DNA from: an uncultured Clostridia bacterium
GTDB lineage: Bacteria; Bacillota; Clostridia; Christensenellales; UBA1242
Assembly: GCA_934747765.1 (NCBI GenBank)
Contig: CAKVGZ010000003.1
Location: 64,225 to 128,224, forward strand
DNA: 64,000 nucleotides
Direction: 5' to 3'
The translations under genes were made by a program, and so were the position numbers. The notes beneath the pieces were generated by a model that did no database searches, had not been told where the DNA came from, and saw only the letters and a list, made by a program, of their open reading frames with translations. Shown piece by piece: positions 29,960-41,582 of the stretch; position 1 is the first letter of the stretch, and each line of letters starts with the position of its first letter.

Positions 29960-31111
29960 ATGATTAACAAAGATTTCTTTTTGGCACTTGAAGAATTAGA
30001 AATGCAAAAAAAGATTAACAAAGAACAATTTATCGAAACACTTGAAAGTGCGCTCACATCGGCATACAAGAAAATGTATGGTGAAGCAAAAAATGCACTT
30101 GTAAAATTGATTCCAGAAAAAAACACCATCAAAATTTACAGTTACAAAACTGTTGTTGAAGAACCAGAAGATTTGGACAAAGAAATTTCTTTGCAAGATG
30201 CAAGAGCAATCAAAAAATCGTATCAAATTGGCGACAGCATTGTTGAAGAAGAATCTACAAAAGATTTTGGACGAATTGCTGCTCAAACTGCAAAGCAAGT
30301 TGTTATGCAAAAACTTAAAGACATGGAACGTCAAATTGCATTAAGCGAACTTAGCGAAAAAGAAGACGAACTTTTGACAACTGTTGTTAAGAGAATTGAA
30401 AACGGAGTTGTTTACGTTCAAATTGCGGGTTCACACAGCGAAGGTGTTATGCTTGAATCTGACCAAATTCCTGGCGAAAAATTCCATGAAGGTGACAGAA
30501 TAAAAGTTTATGTCAAAAAAATAAAAGATTCATTCCGTGGACCTCAAATTCAAGTTTCAAGAAGCAACATTGGATTTGTTAGAAAACTGTTTGAGTTGGA
30601 AGTTCCTGAAATTGAAAATGGAGATGTCGTTATCAAAAACATTGCACGTGACCCAGGAAACAGAACAAAAGTTGCAGTCTATTCAGACAAACCAAACGTT
30701 GATGCTCTTGGAGCATGTGTTGGAAACAGGGGAATTAGAATTAACACCATTGTTTCTGAACTTAACGGCGAAAAAATTGACTTGGTGCTTTATTCCGATG
30801 ACCCACTTGAATATATCGCAAGAGCACTTAGCCCTGCGCAAATTTTGAGTGTTGAAACAAACGACAGTTTAAAAGCATCAAGAGTTATTGTTCCGAACGA
30901 CAAACTTTCGCTTGCTATTGGAAAGAGCGGTCAAAACGTTCGTCTTGCAGCGCGACTCACAGGTTGGAAAATTGATGTTAAACCTGAAAGTGAAATTACA
31001 AAACAAGAACAACAAGCAGATGTTGAATATGAACTCACAGACATTTCTGACGACAACTCTAATTTTGATTTTGAAGGCTTTGATGATTTGGAAGAAATTG
31101 ATGCTGAATAG
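29960..31111 (+). CDS. nusA: transcription termination/antitermination factor NusA
   Basis: NusA N-terminal domain, S1 domain and two KH domains, with an acidic C-terminus. Confidence 0.95.
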   Translation: MINKDFFLALEELEMQKKINKEQFIETLESALTSAYKKMYGEAKNALVKLIPEKNTIKIYSYKTVVEEPEDLDKEISLQDARAIKKSYQIGDSIVEEESTKDFGRIAAQTAKQVVMQKLKDMERQIALSELSEKEDELLTTVVKRIENGVVYVQIAGSHSEGVMLESDQIPGEKFHEGDRIKVYVKKIKDSFRGPQIQVSRSNIGFVRKLFELEVPEIENGDVVIKNIARDPGNRTKVAVYSDKPNVDALGACVGNRGIRINTIVSELNGEKIDLVLYSDDPLEYIARALSPAQILSVETNDSLKASRVIVPNDKLSLAIGKSGQNVRLAARLTGWKIDVKPESEITKQEQQADVEYELTDISDDNSNFDFEGFDDLEEIDAE

Positions 31112-31119
31112 GAGAAAAA

Positions 31120-31365
31120 ATGGAACATCTTAGAATGTGCACAGTTTGCAGAGAAATGAAGCCTAAAGAAAGCCTGACTAGGATTGTTAAAACAAACAGC
31201 GGTGAAATTTTCATTGACCCAACAAAAAAGGCAGATGGGCGAGGCGCATATATTTGTGACAATTGTTGCACAGACAAATTAAAAAAAATAAAACCTCTAA
31301 ACAAAGCATTCAAATGCGTTGTTCCAGATGAAATTTATGATAAACTTATAACCAAGGAGAATTAA
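31120..31365 (+). CDS. ylxR: YlxR/DUF448 RNA-binding protein
   Basis: CTVCREMKPK...ADGRGAYIC. Sits between nusA and infB. Confidence 0.8.
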   Translation: MEHLRMCTVCREMKPKESLTRIVKTNSGEIFIDPTKKADGRGAYICDNCCTDKLKKIKPLNKAFKCVVPDEIYDKLITKEN

Positions 31366-33830
31366 TGACACAACAACAAAATAAAAATGGTGGTTTTGTA
31401 AACTTAAAAAAGATTCACGACATTCAAGTTGGCGGGTCTGTTCAAGCGTTGATTCGTGACCTCCGTTCAACAAGAATCCAACTTGATCATATTGTCTCGG
31501 AAGCAAAAAATCTTCTGCAATCGAAACGTGTGAAAGTTGTTGAAAAAGAAGTTGAAAAACCAATTGAACAAAAGGTTGAAGAAAAAGTGGTGGCAAAACC
31601 TGTTTATGAAAATAGACAGAATTTTTCTCCAAGAGAAACAAGATTTGAAAAACGTGACTTTGAAAAACGTGACTTTAAAAAACAACCTTTTTCAAAAGAC
31701 CAACCTCGTCAGTTTGGGCAAGGCGGAAAATCGTTTGAAAAGAAACCTTTTGGCAACCAACAGTTCAACAAACCTTTCAACAGGGATGGACAAAAACAAG
31801 GCGCAGGATTTGCTTCCAGCAAAGGGAACAATTTCCGTTCTTTTGCCGCTCCAGACATTGTTATTCCTGAAACAAATCGCAGATTTGACAATAACAAAAA
31901 CAAAACACAAACTCGCGATTTAGATGAAAGAAAACAACCAACAAAACGCAATCAACAACAATCGTACAAAAATGTTTTGGTCAACGATTCTGATGGTTTT
32001 GAAGAAATGAGAATGGGTTCAAGAAAACTTATCAAAACAAAAAAGGAAAAGCAAGAAACTTTTGTTGCGCCTGTTATCGACCATGCTGTTGTGACAAGCG
32101 AAAACATTTCAGTTAAAACATTGTCCGAAAAAACAGGAAAACCAGCAACAGAAATAATCAAAAAACTTATGATTCTTGGAATTATGTCAAACATCAACAG
32201 CACAATCGATTATGAAACTGCCGAACTTGTTGCAAGCGAACTTGGAATCACTCTTGAACTTAAACTTGAAAAATCGTTTGAAGAAAAACTTCTTGAACAA
32301 ACAACAACCGAATCAAGCGAAAATCTTGTTGTTCGCCCACCAGTTGTGACTGTTATGGGTCACGTTGACCACGGAAAAACTTCGCTTCTTGACGCAATCA
32401 GAAAAACAAACGTTGTTTCGGGAGAAGCGGGTGGAATCACTCAAAAAATTGGTGCATATTCCATTGTTGCAAATGGTCAAAAAATCACATTCATCGACAC
32501 TCCTGGCCATGCTGCGTTCACGAGCATGAGAGCAAGAGGTGCAAAAATAACCGACATTGCAATTCTTGTTGTGGCAGCCGACGACGGGCTTATGCCTCAA
32601 ACAGAAGAAGCAATCAACCACATCAAAGCGGCAAATGTGCCTATGATTGTTGCGATCAACAAAATGGACAAACCTGAAGCAAATCCAGAAAGAGTCAAAC
32701 AACAACTTGCCGAAAAAGGAATTTTGCCGGAAGAATGGGGTGGTGACACAATTTTCGTTCCTATTTCAGCAAAACAAGGAACAGGAATTGACAAACTTCT
32801 TGAAACAATATTGCTTGTTGCAGAAGTTCAAGAACTTAAGGCAGATCCTTCAAGAATGGCAACTGGCGTTGTTATTGAAGCAGAGCTTGACAAAAATCGC
32901 GGACCTGTTGCATCTGTGCTTGTTCAAAATGGAACATTGCGCGTTGGAGATAACGTTGTTTGCGGTCTGACCTATGGAAAAGTTCGTGCTCTCTACGATG
33001 AAAAAGGAAAGGCCGTTAAAGAAGCTGGACCATCAATTTGTGTTTCTGTTCTTGGATTCAACGAAGTTCCAAGTTCTGGCGACGCAGTTGTTGCAATTGA
33101 TGAGAAATTCTCAAAACAAGTTATTGAAGAAAGAAAGGCAAAAATTAAACTCGAAAAAGCAAGTGCAACATCAGGAGTTTCTCTTGACGACTTCATGAGC
33201 AAAGTTAACGAGGGAAAACTTAAAGCGCTAAACATCATCATAAAAGCGGACGTTCAAGGCTCGGTTGAAGCATTGCGTCAAACATTAACAACAATCCGAA
33301 ACGACGAAGTCAAAGTTGTTTGCATTCACAGCGGTGTTGGATTTGTCACAGAATCTGACGTTATTTTGGCAAAGGCATCTGACGCAGTTATCATTGCATT
33401 CAATGTCAAAACTGGACCAAAAGCAAGCCAACTTGCAAAAACCGAAAAAGTTGAAATAAAAGATTACAGCATCATCTATGAAGTTGTTGACGATTTGACA
33501 GCAGCAATCACAGGAATGCAAACAATCAAATATCAACAAGTTGTTATCGGTCACGGGGAAGTTAGAGCAATGTTCAAACTTTCAACAAGTGGTTACATTG
33601 TTGGAACCTATGTTACTGATGGAAAAGTCACAAGAAATTCTTTTGTTAGAGTTTATCGTGGTGATGAACTTGTTTGCGAAAATCAACTTGAAAGCTTGAA
33701 AATTGCAAAAGATGACAAATCAGAGGTTCAAAAAGGCTATGAATGTGGAATTAAGATTGGTGACGCAAATCTTGTTAAAGTTGATGATAGACTTGAATTC
33801 TATGTTAATGAGCCAATAAAAAACAAGTAG
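31365..33830 (+). CDS. infB: translation initiation factor IF-2
   Basis: [13 protein letters not shown]-domain and full IF-2 architecture. The N-terminal low-complexity region has FEKRDF repeats. Confidence 0.95.
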   Translation: MTQQQNKNGGFVNLKKIHDIQVGGSVQALIRDLRSTRIQLDHIVSEAKNLLQSKRVKVVEKEVEKPIEQKVEEKVVAKPVYENRQNFSPRETRFEKRDFEKRDFKKQPFSKDQPRQFGQGGKSFEKKPFGNQQFNKPFNRDGQKQGAGFASSKGNNFRSFAAPDIVIPETNRRFDNNKNKTQTRDLDERKQPTKRNQQQSYKNVLVNDSDGFEEMRMGSRKLIKTKKEKQETFVAPVIDHAVVTSENISVKTLSEKTGKPATEIIKKLMILGIMSNINSTIDYETAELVASELGITLELKLEKSFEEKLLEQTTTESSENLVVRPPVVTVMGHVDHGKTSLLDAIRKTNVVSGEAGGITQKIGAYSIVANGQKITFIDTPGHAAFTSMRARGAKITDIAILVVAADDGLMPQTEEAINHIKAANVPMIVAINKMDKPEANPERVKQQLAEKGILPEEWGGDTIFVPISAKQGTGIDKLLETILLVAEVQELKADPSRMATGVVIEAELDKNRGPVASVLVQNGTLRVGDNVVCGLTYGKVRALYDEKGKAVKEAGPSICVSVLGFNEVPSSGDAVVAIDEKFSKQVIEERKAKIKLEKASATSGVSLDDFMSKVNEGKLKALNIIIKADVQGSVEALRQTLTTIRNDEVKVVCIHSGVGFVTESDVILAKASDAVIIAFNVKTGPKASQLAKTEKVEIKDYSIIYEVVDDLTAAITGMQTIKYQQVVIGHGEVRAMFKLSTSGYIVGTYVTDGKVTRNSFVRVYRGDELVCENQLESLKIAKDDKSEVQKGYECGIKIGDANLVKVDDRLEFYVNEPIKNK

Positions 33831-33838
33831 GAGATAAG

Positions 33839-34186
33839 ATGAATTTTCGAATGGAACGCGTTAATTTGGAAATTAAAAACAGTTTGTCTGAAATAATTTC
33901 CAACATGAATAACTCAAAAATTTCAAATCAGTTTGTCACAATTGCTGACGTTGAAACTTCGCCAGATTTATATTCAAGCAAAGTTTTGATTTCATGTTTG
34001 TCTAATGATGAAAAAAATTGCGAAGAAATCGTTGAAATCTTGAATTCTTCCAAGGGTTTTATAAAACGTGAACTTGCAAAAAAAATTAAGATAAAACGAA
34101 TTCCAGACATTTATTTTGTTGCAGATTATTTTGAAAAACACGCACAAAGAATTGACGATTTATTAAAACAAATTAAGAAAGATTAA
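33839..34186 (+). CDS. rbfA: ribosome-binding factor A
   Basis: 115 aa RbfA fold motifs, following infB. Confidence 0.85.
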   Translation: MNFRMERVNLEIKNSLSEIISNMNNSKISNQFVTIADVETSPDLYSSKVLISCLSNDEKNCEEIVEILNSSKGFIKRELAKKIKIKRIPDIYFVADYFEKHAQRIDDLLKQIKKD

Positions 34187-34197
34187 ACAAAGCAATT

Positions 34198-35862
34198 ATG
34201 CTTTGTTTTTTTGTTATGAATATAAAAAACTATTTTCCAAAAACTACGTCTATGGAAACAGTTAAAAAAGAAAACAAATTTGCAAAAGGTGCAATTATTT
34301 TGCTTTTGAGTGCACTTGTTTGCAAAGTCATCGGAGCATTATATCGAATTCCGCTGTCAAACATTTTGGGAGCTGAAGGAATTGGCTTGTATCAACTTAT
34401 TTTTCCTGTATATTCATTGTTTTTGATTTTTTCAAGCGGAGGAATTCCTGTTGCTCTTTCCAAACTTGTTGCATCGTGCAGAGCCAAAGGCAAAGAAAAA
34501 CGAGCAAAAAGATTTCTCTTTCAATCAATTATTTTGTTGCTTTCAATATCAGTTGTTTTTGCACTCATGTTCATTTTTCTTGGAAAACAAATTGCTTCAT
34601 TCCAGGGAAATGTTCAGGCAAGGCTGGGCTATGTGGCAGTTGGAATTGCAATTGTTTTTGCAAGTGTTCTGACTGGACTCAGGGGATATTTTCAAGGCTA
34701 TCAAAACATGACGCCAACGGCAATATCTCAAATTATTGAACAATTTTTGAAACTTATTTTGGGCTTGACTTTTGCATTTCTGTTGATGCCAAAAGGAACA
34801 ACTTATGGAGTTTTTGGAGCAATCATGGGCGTTGCAGTTAGCGAACTTGTTGCTTTTGTTTATCTGGCTTTGTCATTCCTTTTCAAAAGAAAAAAGGCAG
34901 ATGTCTTGTCGATTGAAACGTCAACAAAATTTTCGGAAGATTTCAAAACACTTTTGAAATTGGCGTTTCCAATCACATTAAGTTCCTCAATTTTTCCTCT
35001 CATTTTGGCAGTGGACAGTTTTTTGATTGTTAACTTGCTTTTGTCAAATGGCATGACAAGTTTGGAAAGCACGCAAGTGTTTGGTGTTTATTCAGGGATG
35101 GTGAATTCGCTTGTCAATTTTCCAACTGTTGTTTCAATGGCACTTGCTGTGAGTTTGATTCCGGAAATTTCTTATGCTGAAGAACGTGGAGAAAAGGCAA
35201 ATTTGGGAGCAATTTTTAAAATTGTGTTTTTTATTTCAATTCCTTGTGTTTTTATTTATTTTGCATTTTCGCGAGAAATAATTGCTGTGTTGTATCCAAA
35301 TGCAACAAATCCAGCACTTTTAAATCTTGGGTCGTCACTTTTGAGAATCATGGCAATCAACATTTTCTACATTTCGCTTCTGCAACTTTCAACATCAATC
35401 CTCCAAGCAAAAAATAAAAGTTTGACATCACTTATGAATCTGACAGTTGCGGGCGTCACCAAAGTTCTTTTGACAGTTGTTTTTGTTTCATCACCTTTGG
35501 GAATTTATGGAGCAGGAGTTGCGTCAATCATGTGCTATGCAATTGCTTGTGGACTTAATGTTGTTGCTCTTCGGGGAGAAATAGATTTTGGCATTGATTT
35601 GAAACAAACGGCTTTGGTGTTTTTGAATTCATTTTTTGCACTTGGAATTGCAATTGGGTTCAATTATCTTTTCAATCTTGTTTTTTCAGGTTTTGTTTCA
35701 ATTCTGCTTTCACTTTGCATTGCTGGAATTTTCTATGTGTTTATGTCACTTTTGTTGCCAATATTTTCAAAAGAAGAACTTCAAAAAATACCTTTTGGCT
35801 CCAAAATTTGCGTGATAAGAGAAAAATTTGTTGCAAAATTTAAAATCAAAAAAAAGAGTTAA
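34198..35862 (+). CDS. MOP-superfamily polysaccharide/lipid II flippase (SpoVB/MurJ-like)
   Basis: About 14 TM helices with a Wzx/MurJ/SpoVB-type profile. An alternative start, METVKK at 34252, is more likely. Confidence 0.5.
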   Translation: MLCFFVMNIKNYFPKTTSMETVKKENKFAKGAIILLLSALVCKVIGALYRIPLSNILGAEGIGLYQLIFPVYSLFLIFSSGGIPVALSKLVASCRAKGKEKRAKRFLFQSIILLLSISVVFALMFIFLGKQIASFQGNVQARLGYVAVGIAIVFASVLTGLRGYFQGYQNMTPTAISQIIEQFLKLILGLTFAFLLMPKGTTYGVFGAIMGVAVSELVAFVYLALSFLFKRKKADVLSIETSTKFSEDFKTLLKLAFPITLSSSIFPLILAVDSFLIVNLLLSNGMTSLESTQVFGVYSGMVNSLVNFPTVVSMALAVSLIPEISYAEERGEKANLGAIFKIVFFISIPCVFIYFAFSREIIAVLYPNATNPALLNLGSSLLRIMAINIFYISLLQLSTSILQAKNKSLTSLMNLTVAGVTKVLLTVVFVSSPLGIYGAGVASIMCYAIACGLNVVALRGEIDFGIDLKQTALVFLNSFFALGIAIGFNYLFNLVFSGFVSILLSLCIAGIFYVFMSLLLPIFSKEELQKIPFGSKICVIREKFVAKFKIKKKS

Positions 35863-35890
35863 TTTTAAATTTTTAGGCAAAAATCTTTTT

Positions 35891-36163
35891 ATGAACAAAA
35901 ATGAACTGATTGAATTTGCATCAAGAAAAGCAAAACTAACAAAAAAGGAATGTCTAAATTGCCTCAACGCAATAACAGAACTTATTGGGGAAGTTGTTAA
36001 ACGAGGTGGCGAGGTGAAAATTTGTGGGTTCGGGAAATTCGAGCCTAAAATCCGTCATGAAAGAAAAGGCATTAACCCTCAAACCCTTGAAGAAATTGTC
36101 ATCAAACAAAAACTTTCGCTTGGATTCAAAAGTTCAAGCAAGTTTGATGAAAAGATTAAATAA
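35891..36163 (+). CDS. hup: DNA-binding protein HU
   Basis: MNKNELIEF...GFGKFE...R.GRNP HU/IHF signature. 90 aa. The track ORF starts earlier, at 35828. Confidence 0.85.
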   Translation: MNKNELIEFASRKAKLTKKECLNCLNAITELIGEVVKRGGEVKICGFGKFEPKIRHERKGINPQTLEEIVIKQKLSLGFKSSSKFDEKIK

Positions 36164-36200
36164 GTTGACTTTTAAATTTTAATAATCTACAATCTTCTCT

Positions 36201-37280
36201 ATGAGAATTGGAAACATTGAACTTAAAAATAACATTTTTCTTGCGCCAATGGCAGGTGTTAATGACGTGGGCTTTCGCGCTTTGGCAAGTTTTTTTGGTG
36301 CGGAAATTGCATACACCGAAATGGTCAGTGCAAAAGGGCTTATCTATGGTGAAGGAAAAGCGCTTCACACTCCATTAAATCCAAATTTTGCCAAGGAAAA
36401 CGAAAAGTTTGCTTCCAACAAATCTTCGTGGCTTTTGCTAACGGAGGATGTTGAAAAAATCAAAGCTGTTCAAATTTTTGGCGCAGACCCAAAATATATG
36501 GCGAGGGCTTGCAAACTTGATTATTTAAAAAAATTCGACATTATTGACATAAACATGGGTTGCCCAGCTCCAAAAATTGTTAGAAATGGTGAGGGAAGTG
36601 CACTCATGGAAAATATGGCGCTTGCAAAACAAGTCATTGAAGAATGCGTGAAAGTTTCTGACAAACCAATCACTGTTAAATTCCGAAAAGGTTACAAAAT
36701 TAACAATGCAGTTGAGTTCGCAAAAATGTGTGAGCAAGCAGGAGCAAGTGCAATTTCTGTTCACACACGTTTTGCAAATCAGGGTTACAGCGGGATAGTT
36801 GATTATGATTTGATTAAAGAAATTAAACAATCTGTCAAAATTCCAGTCATCGGGAGCGGGGATATTGAAGATGAAGAAACGTATCGTAAAATGCTTGAAA
36901 CAGGTGTTGACGGAATTATGGTTGGGCGAGCAAGTTTTGGAAATCCAATGATTTTTAAAGCGCTTTGTGAACTTAAATCTGGAATAAAAGTTCCAATGCA
37001 TGAATATATTTTGAAAGACAATTTTTTTGCTGATGTTTTGGAAAAAGATGACATCAATCTTTTGAAAGAAAATGAAAACTACATCAAATATCTTTGTGCA
37101 AAAAAACATATAAAAATTTTGAGAAAATATTTTGCCGAAAACTTTTTGATTAAGTATATGAGAAAGCATATGTTGTGGTATGCAAATGGTTTGAAAAACA
37201 ATCCAGAATTAAAACAAAAAATTGCGCTAAGCAACGACCTTGATTTATCGCTTGAAATGCTTAAAGAAATGATTTTGTGA
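36201..37280 (+). CDS. dus: tRNA-dihydrouridine synthase
   Basis: FLAPMAGVND...IDINMGCPAPK in a TIM-barrel Dus family protein. Confidence 0.85.
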   Translation: MRIGNIELKNNIFLAPMAGVNDVGFRALASFFGAEIAYTEMVSAKGLIYGEGKALHTPLNPNFAKENEKFASNKSSWLLLTEDVEKIKAVQIFGADPKYMARACKLDYLKKFDIIDINMGCPAPKIVRNGEGSALMENMALAKQVIEECVKVSDKPITVKFRKGYKINNAVEFAKMCEQAGASAISVHTRFANQGYSGIVDYDLIKEIKQSVKIPVIGSGDIEDEETYRKMLETGVDGIMVGRASFGNPMIFKALCELKSGIKVPMHEYILKDNFFADVLEKDDINLLKENENYIKYLCAKKHIKILRKYFAENFLIKYMRKHMLWYANGLKNNPELKQKIALSNDLDLSLEMLKEMIL

Positions 37281-37335
37281 AACTGTTCTAATTGAACAGT
37301 TTTTTTAATATAAATATATAAGAAACGGAGGAAAC

Positions 37336-37788
37336 ATGAAAATCAAAGCACTAAAATTTAAATCACCAAAAATCAAGATGCCAAAAAATCGCGAAGTTTC
37401 AGAACAAGACAGCCCAAAAGCTTGGCTCACAGTTTTGAAGGGGAGTTTGGTCGCACTTTCAATTTCACTTGTTTCAATTTTGATTTTTGCATTTTTCATA
37501 AAATATGTTGCTGTGCCAACCAATGCAATAAAACCTATAAATCAAGTTATCAAAGGTTTAAGTTTGCTCATAGGAACATTTGTTGCACTAAAGAAAGTTG
37601 ACAAAATGGGGCTTATCAACGGGCTTCTGATTGGGCTTGCCTACACAGTTTTGGCTTTTGTTGTTTTCTCAATTTTAGACGGACATTTTGAGTTCACAAA
37701 ATCTCTTGTTAATGACCTTTTGTTTGGGGGATTGATTGGAGGAATTTGCGGAGTTATTGCTGTTAATTTCAGACGAAAAACAAATTGA
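37336..37788 (+). CDS. small membrane protein (TIGR04086/YrzE-like); hypothetical
   Basis: 150 aa with three predicted TM helices. Confidence 0.35.
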   Translation: MKIKALKFKSPKIKMPKNREVSEQDSPKAWLTVLKGSLVALSISLVSILIFAFFIKYVAVPTNAIKPINQVIKGLSLLIGTFVALKKVDKMGLINGLLIGLAYTVLAFVVFSILDGHFEFTKSLVNDLLFGGLIGGICGVIAVNFRRKTN

Positions 37789-37846
37789 CTTTCTAAAGGA
37801 AGTCTTTTTTCTTTGTAAAATTGAAAATTTGGATTAAACTATATTC

Positions 37847-38506
37847 ATGATTAACATAGCAATTGACGGAACTGCGGGAAGTGGGAAAGGAACAATTTCA
37901 GAACTTCTTGCAAAAAAATTGGGTTATTATCACCTTGACACAGGGGCAATTTATCGCAGTTTGACATACTTCTTAATTCAAGAAAAAATTGACTTAAACG
38001 ATGAAAAAGAGATTTGCAAAACGCTGGAAAAAATTGATTTCAAAGTTCAGTTTGAGAAAGATAAAGATGGAAATCAAGTTCAAAAAAATTTGTTGTTTGG
38101 AGAGGACCTAAAAAATAAAATTCGAACGGAAGAAATAAGCGTTTCAACGTCAAGAATTTCAAAGTTTGATTGTGTCAGGAAATTTGCAACAAAAATTCAG
38201 CACGAACTTGCCTCAAAATATGACCTTATCATTGAAGGAAGAGATATTGGAACTGTTGTTTTGCTCAACGCAGATTACAAGTTTTTCCTAACTGCAAAGC
38301 CAGAAATTCGGGCAAAACGAAGAGCGGAGCAACTTAATCAACCGCAAAACTATAACAAAATTTTGAAGGATATCATTGAAAGAGATGAGGCTGACATGAA
38401 AAGAAAATCATCTCCTCTAAAACGAGCAGATGATGCAATTTTGATTGATAATTCATTTCAAACCGCATTTCAAACGCTTTCTGAAATGATTTCTTATATC
38501 AAATGA
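37847..38506 (+). CDS. cmk: cytidylate kinase
   Basis: IAIDGTAGSGKGT P-loop. 219 aa. Confidence 0.85.
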   Translation: MINIAIDGTAGSGKGTISELLAKKLGYYHLDTGAIYRSLTYFLIQEKIDLNDEKEICKTLEKIDFKVQFEKDKDGNQVQKNLLFGEDLKNKIRTEEISVSTSRISKFDCVRKFATKIQHELASKYDLIIEGRDIGTVVLLNADYKFFLTAKPEIRAKRRAEQLNQPQNYNKILKDIIERDEADMKRKSSPLKRADDAILIDNSFQTAFQTLSEMISYIK

Positions 38507-39230
38507 ACCCACCGTCAACAACAAGAGTTTGACCAGTGATATAATCTGACGAAGCCAAAAAGAATATTGCGTCTGCAACTTCTTTTGGTTTTCCCATTCG
38601 ACCAAGCGAAATTGAATCTTCAAGTTCGCTTTTTTCTTTTTGAGTCAAGTTTTTGTTCATGTCGGTGTCGATGACTCCAGGGGCAACACAATTAACTTTT
38701 ATATTTGAACTTCCAAGTTCTTTTGACAGTGCTTTTGAAAGACCAATTAGTCCTGCTTTTGTTGCGGAGTAGAGCGCCTCACATGAACCTCCAGAAACTC
38801 CCCAAACAGATGACACACAAACAATGCTTCCGTTTTTGTTGGAAATCATGTTGGAAATTGCGGACAAAATCATATTGTGCGCACCTTTAAGATTGGTTCC
38901 AATCAGTGTGTCAAAATCTTTAGGACAGGTGTCAATTATAAGTTTGTTTTGAGCAATTCCTGCATTGAGAACAAGGCAATCAATTTTGCCAAAAATTGAC
39001 AGAGCGTAGTTGACCATTTTTTTGCATTCTTCATATTTTGAAACGTCACACTTATAAATTTCAGCAATAACGTCAGGAAAACATTTGTTGATTTCTTTTT
39101 TAATTTCAAGCGCAGAAGATTGAGAAGAGTTGTAGTTTATTAAAACATTGTAACCTTCTTTTGCAAATTTTTTTGCTGTTTCGGCACCAATTCCTTTTGA
39201 TGCACCTGTTATAATCACATTTTTTCTCAT
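38499..39230 (-). CDS. SDR-family oxidoreductase (3-oxoacyl-ACP reductase FabG-like)
   Basis: TGASKGIG Rossmann motif and the YSATKAG catalytic Tyr/Lys. Confidence 0.75.
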   Translation of the reverse strand: MRKNVIITGASKGIGAETAKKFAKEGYNVLINYNSSQSSALEIKKEINKCFPDVIAEIYKCDVSKYEECKKMVNYALSIFGKIDCLVLNAGIAQNKLIIDTCPKDFDTLIGTNLKGAHNMILSAISNMISNKNGSIVCVSSVWGVSGGSCEALYSATKAGLIGLSKALSKELGSSNIKVNCVAPGVIDTDMNKNLTQKEKSELEDSISLGRMGKPKEVADAIFFLASSDYITGQTLVVDGGFI

Positions 39231-39248
39231 AAAAGAATTATAACATAT

Positions 39249-40838
39249 TTATTTCAATAACACAACATTTCCACTTATCCATGCATCAAAATAATTTTTT
39301 AAATTTGTTTTTGAAGTTTTCTCAAAAGAGGCAATTAAGTTGTCCGGCGTGACATTTTGAAATCTGTATTCTTCAAAATAATTCTGGATGCATTTTTGGA
39401 ATTTTTTTGGTCCAATAATTTCTCTCAGCGAATCGAAAAGTAACATTCCTTTAACATAAGCAACATAAACATATTCTTGGTCGGAATTATAGTCGCAAAG
39501 GTCACGTGACATTGAAGTGTCAACTTTTCCGTTAACTTTTTCAGCAAGTGAAACAAACAGATTGTAACTAGAATAGGCATTTGAAATTATTGTGTCTTTC
39601 TTTATGTTGTATTCAGGGTGATGCTCATAGAAAAGGGCAGTTGAATATTCTGTCAAACCTTCGTCAAGCCAACCATACGAATAGGCACTGCTTCCAACCA
39701 TGTTATACCACCATTGGTGAGCAATTTCATGAATAATAACTTGTTGATAGGTGTCCACATTTGTCACATCATCAGAGATGTAAACAAGGTTTGGAAATTC
39801 CATTCCACCGTGTACAAAATTTGCTTGAACAACGCTCAAAGTTTTGTAGGGATAATTGCCAATGTAATTGCTGAAAAATTTCAATGCTTTTGTTGCAGTT
39901 TCCAAAGATAAAGCAGAATTTTCGTCGCTGTAATAGAAGTATTTAACTTGGGTTTCTCCAACTGTTTCAGACATAATTTTGAATTCTTTCGACATAACAA
40001 TTGCAAAATCTCTAACAACTTTTGCCTCAATATTTAAAAGATTTTTATTGTCAATTTCATCTTTGGAAACAACATTTCCTGTGTTTGAAACAACGTAACT
40101 TTTTGACACTTTTAGGTTAACAAAATAGTTTGCCATGTCGGAATAGAATGGGTCACCATTTGAATTATACAAAGATTTGTCAAAATCTCCGTTGTTAAAC
40201 ACACAAGCTATTGGATAGAAATTTGCAATGTTAACCGTGTTGTTGCCATAGCCAAAACGATGATTTATGTTTGGAAGTGTAACAGTGAAATTGATTTTTA
40301 TGTCAACCTTTTCATTTGGATAGAGGGGAGTTTTCAAAATGACATACAAAATATTTTCATCTTCACCCCCAACAAAATATTGATTTTCATCAATTGGCGA
40401 AGTGTTCAATGTTTTTGCAATTTCACTATATGTTGGTTGTTCTATGCTAAAAATATTAGCAGATGTTGCGGTACTATTCAAAACAGACACATTTTCTATT
40501 TTTATGTTGCCATAACTTTTCCCGTTTGGATATGCTTTAATAAAATCGGAAAGTGAAACAACCGATGCTTTTGCTCCTTCACGAAAAGCATTTGGATAAA
40601 GATGAAAACAAAGATGATTCAGTGCGGTGTTGGTTTTGTTCACGTACAAAACGTTTTCAGAGCATGAAAGAGTTTTTTCTTCGTCGTTAAAATCTATGTC
40701 TATGGTGTATGATGAAAGTTTGCTTTCTTCCTTATCAAGGTCGCTTGCGCATCCTGTTAAAAGAACAATAAGCAAAGCGACAATGCTTAAAAGACAAACT
40801 AAAATTAAAATTTTTGTTGCAATTTTTTTTATTTTCAT
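39249..40838 (-). CDS. M1-family zinc metallopeptidase (aminopeptidase N-like) lipoprotein
   Basis: Lipobox LLTGCAS, then [13 protein letters not shown]...WLDEGLTEY (HExxH-x18-E). Confidence 0.7.
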   Translation of the reverse strand: MKIKKIATKILILVCLLSIVALLIVLLTGCASDLDKEESKLSSYTIDIDFNDEEKTLSCSENVLYVNKTNTALNHLCFHLYPNAFREGAKASVVSLSDFIKAYPNGKSYGNIKIENVSVLNSTATSANIFSIEQPTYSEIAKTLNTSPIDENQYFVGGEDENILYVILKTPLYPNEKVDIKINFTVTLPNINHRFGYGNNTVNIANFYPIACVFNNGDFDKSLYNSNGDPFYSDMANYFVNLKVSKSYVVSNTGNVVSKDEIDNKNLLNIEAKVVRDFAIVMSKEFKIMSETVGETQVKYFYYSDENSALSLETATKALKFFSNYIGNYPYKTLSVVQANFVHGGMEFPNLVYISDDVTNVDTYQQVIIHEIAHQWWYNMVGSSAYSYGWLDEGLTEYSTALFYEHHPEYNIKKDTIISNAYSSYNLFVSLAEKVNGKVDTSMSRDLCDYNSDQEYVYVAYVKGMLLFDSLREIIGPKKFQKCIQNYFEEYRFQNVTPDNLIASFEKTSKTNLKNYFDAWISGNVVLLK

Positions 40839-40910
40839 TTGGTCTCCTTTTCAAATATTTATATGTTTGAAATGTTTGCTATATTATTGAAATTGATTTA
40901 TAATAATTCC

Positions 40911-41582
40911 GTGAAAATAGATATTTTAACTTTGTTCCCTAACATGTTTAATCCTCTTTTTGAAAGCATAATTGGACGTGCTGGAGAAAATGGGAAATTG
41001 GATATAAATGTTGTTGACATAAGGGAATTTTCCAAAGATAAACACAAGAAATGTGATGACACTCCTTTCGGTGGCGGAGCAGGAATGGTTATGACCGCTC
41101 AGCCAATTTTTGATGCAATAAAAAGTGTTATGACCGAAAACTCAAAACTCGTCTATCTTTCTCCAAAGGGTGAAGTTTTCAGGCAACAAAAAGCAATTGA
41201 ACTTTCCAAAGAAAATCACCTCATTTTTCTTTGCGGACATTATGAAGGGATTGACGAAAGAATTTTGGAAATTTTCAAGCCTCTTGAAATTTCAATTGGA
41301 GATTATGTTTTGACTGGTGGAGAACTTCCTGCAATGGTGATTGTTGATGCAATTGCAAGAAATGTTGAAGGGGTTTTGTCAAGTGACTCACTCAGTGAAG
41401 AAAGTCATTCGAACGGGCTTTTGGAATATCCTCAATACACAAGACCTCAAGTTTTTGAAGGTCTTGAAGTGCCTGCAGTTTTGCTGAGCGGAAATCATGA
41501 AGAAATTCGCAAATGGCGCCAACAAAAATCCATTGAAATAACAAAACAAAGAAGAGGAGATATGTTGAAATGCAAAAGATAA
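40911..41582 (+). CDS. trmD: tRNA (guanine37-N1)-methyltransferase TrmD
   Basis: GTG start ([13 protein letters not shown]). SPOUT knot motifs ([19 protein letters not shown]). The track ORF starts at 40839. Confidence 0.9.
   Translation: MKIDILTLFPNMFNPLFESIIGRAGENGKLDINVVDIREFSKDKHKKCDDTPFGGGAGMVMTAQPIFDAIKSVMTENSKLVYLSPKGEVFRQQKAIELSKENHLIFLCGHYEGIDERILEIFKPLEISIGDYVLTGGELPAMVIVDAIARNVEGVLSSDSLSEESHSNGLLEYPQYTRPQVFEGLEVPAVLLSGNHEEIRKWRQQKSIEITKQRRGDMLKCKR

Noticed and set aside
31467-32203. ORFs overlapping the IF-2 N-terminal region on both strands
   Set aside because: Same artefact: the repetitive low-complexity region of infB. They sit inside a high-confidence gene.
40839-40910. Longer TrmD (start 40839) and longer HU (start 35828) reading frames
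   Set aside because: Conserved N-termini begin at GTG 40911 ([13 protein letters not shown]) and ATG 35891 (MNKNELIEF). The extensions fall in promoter regions.
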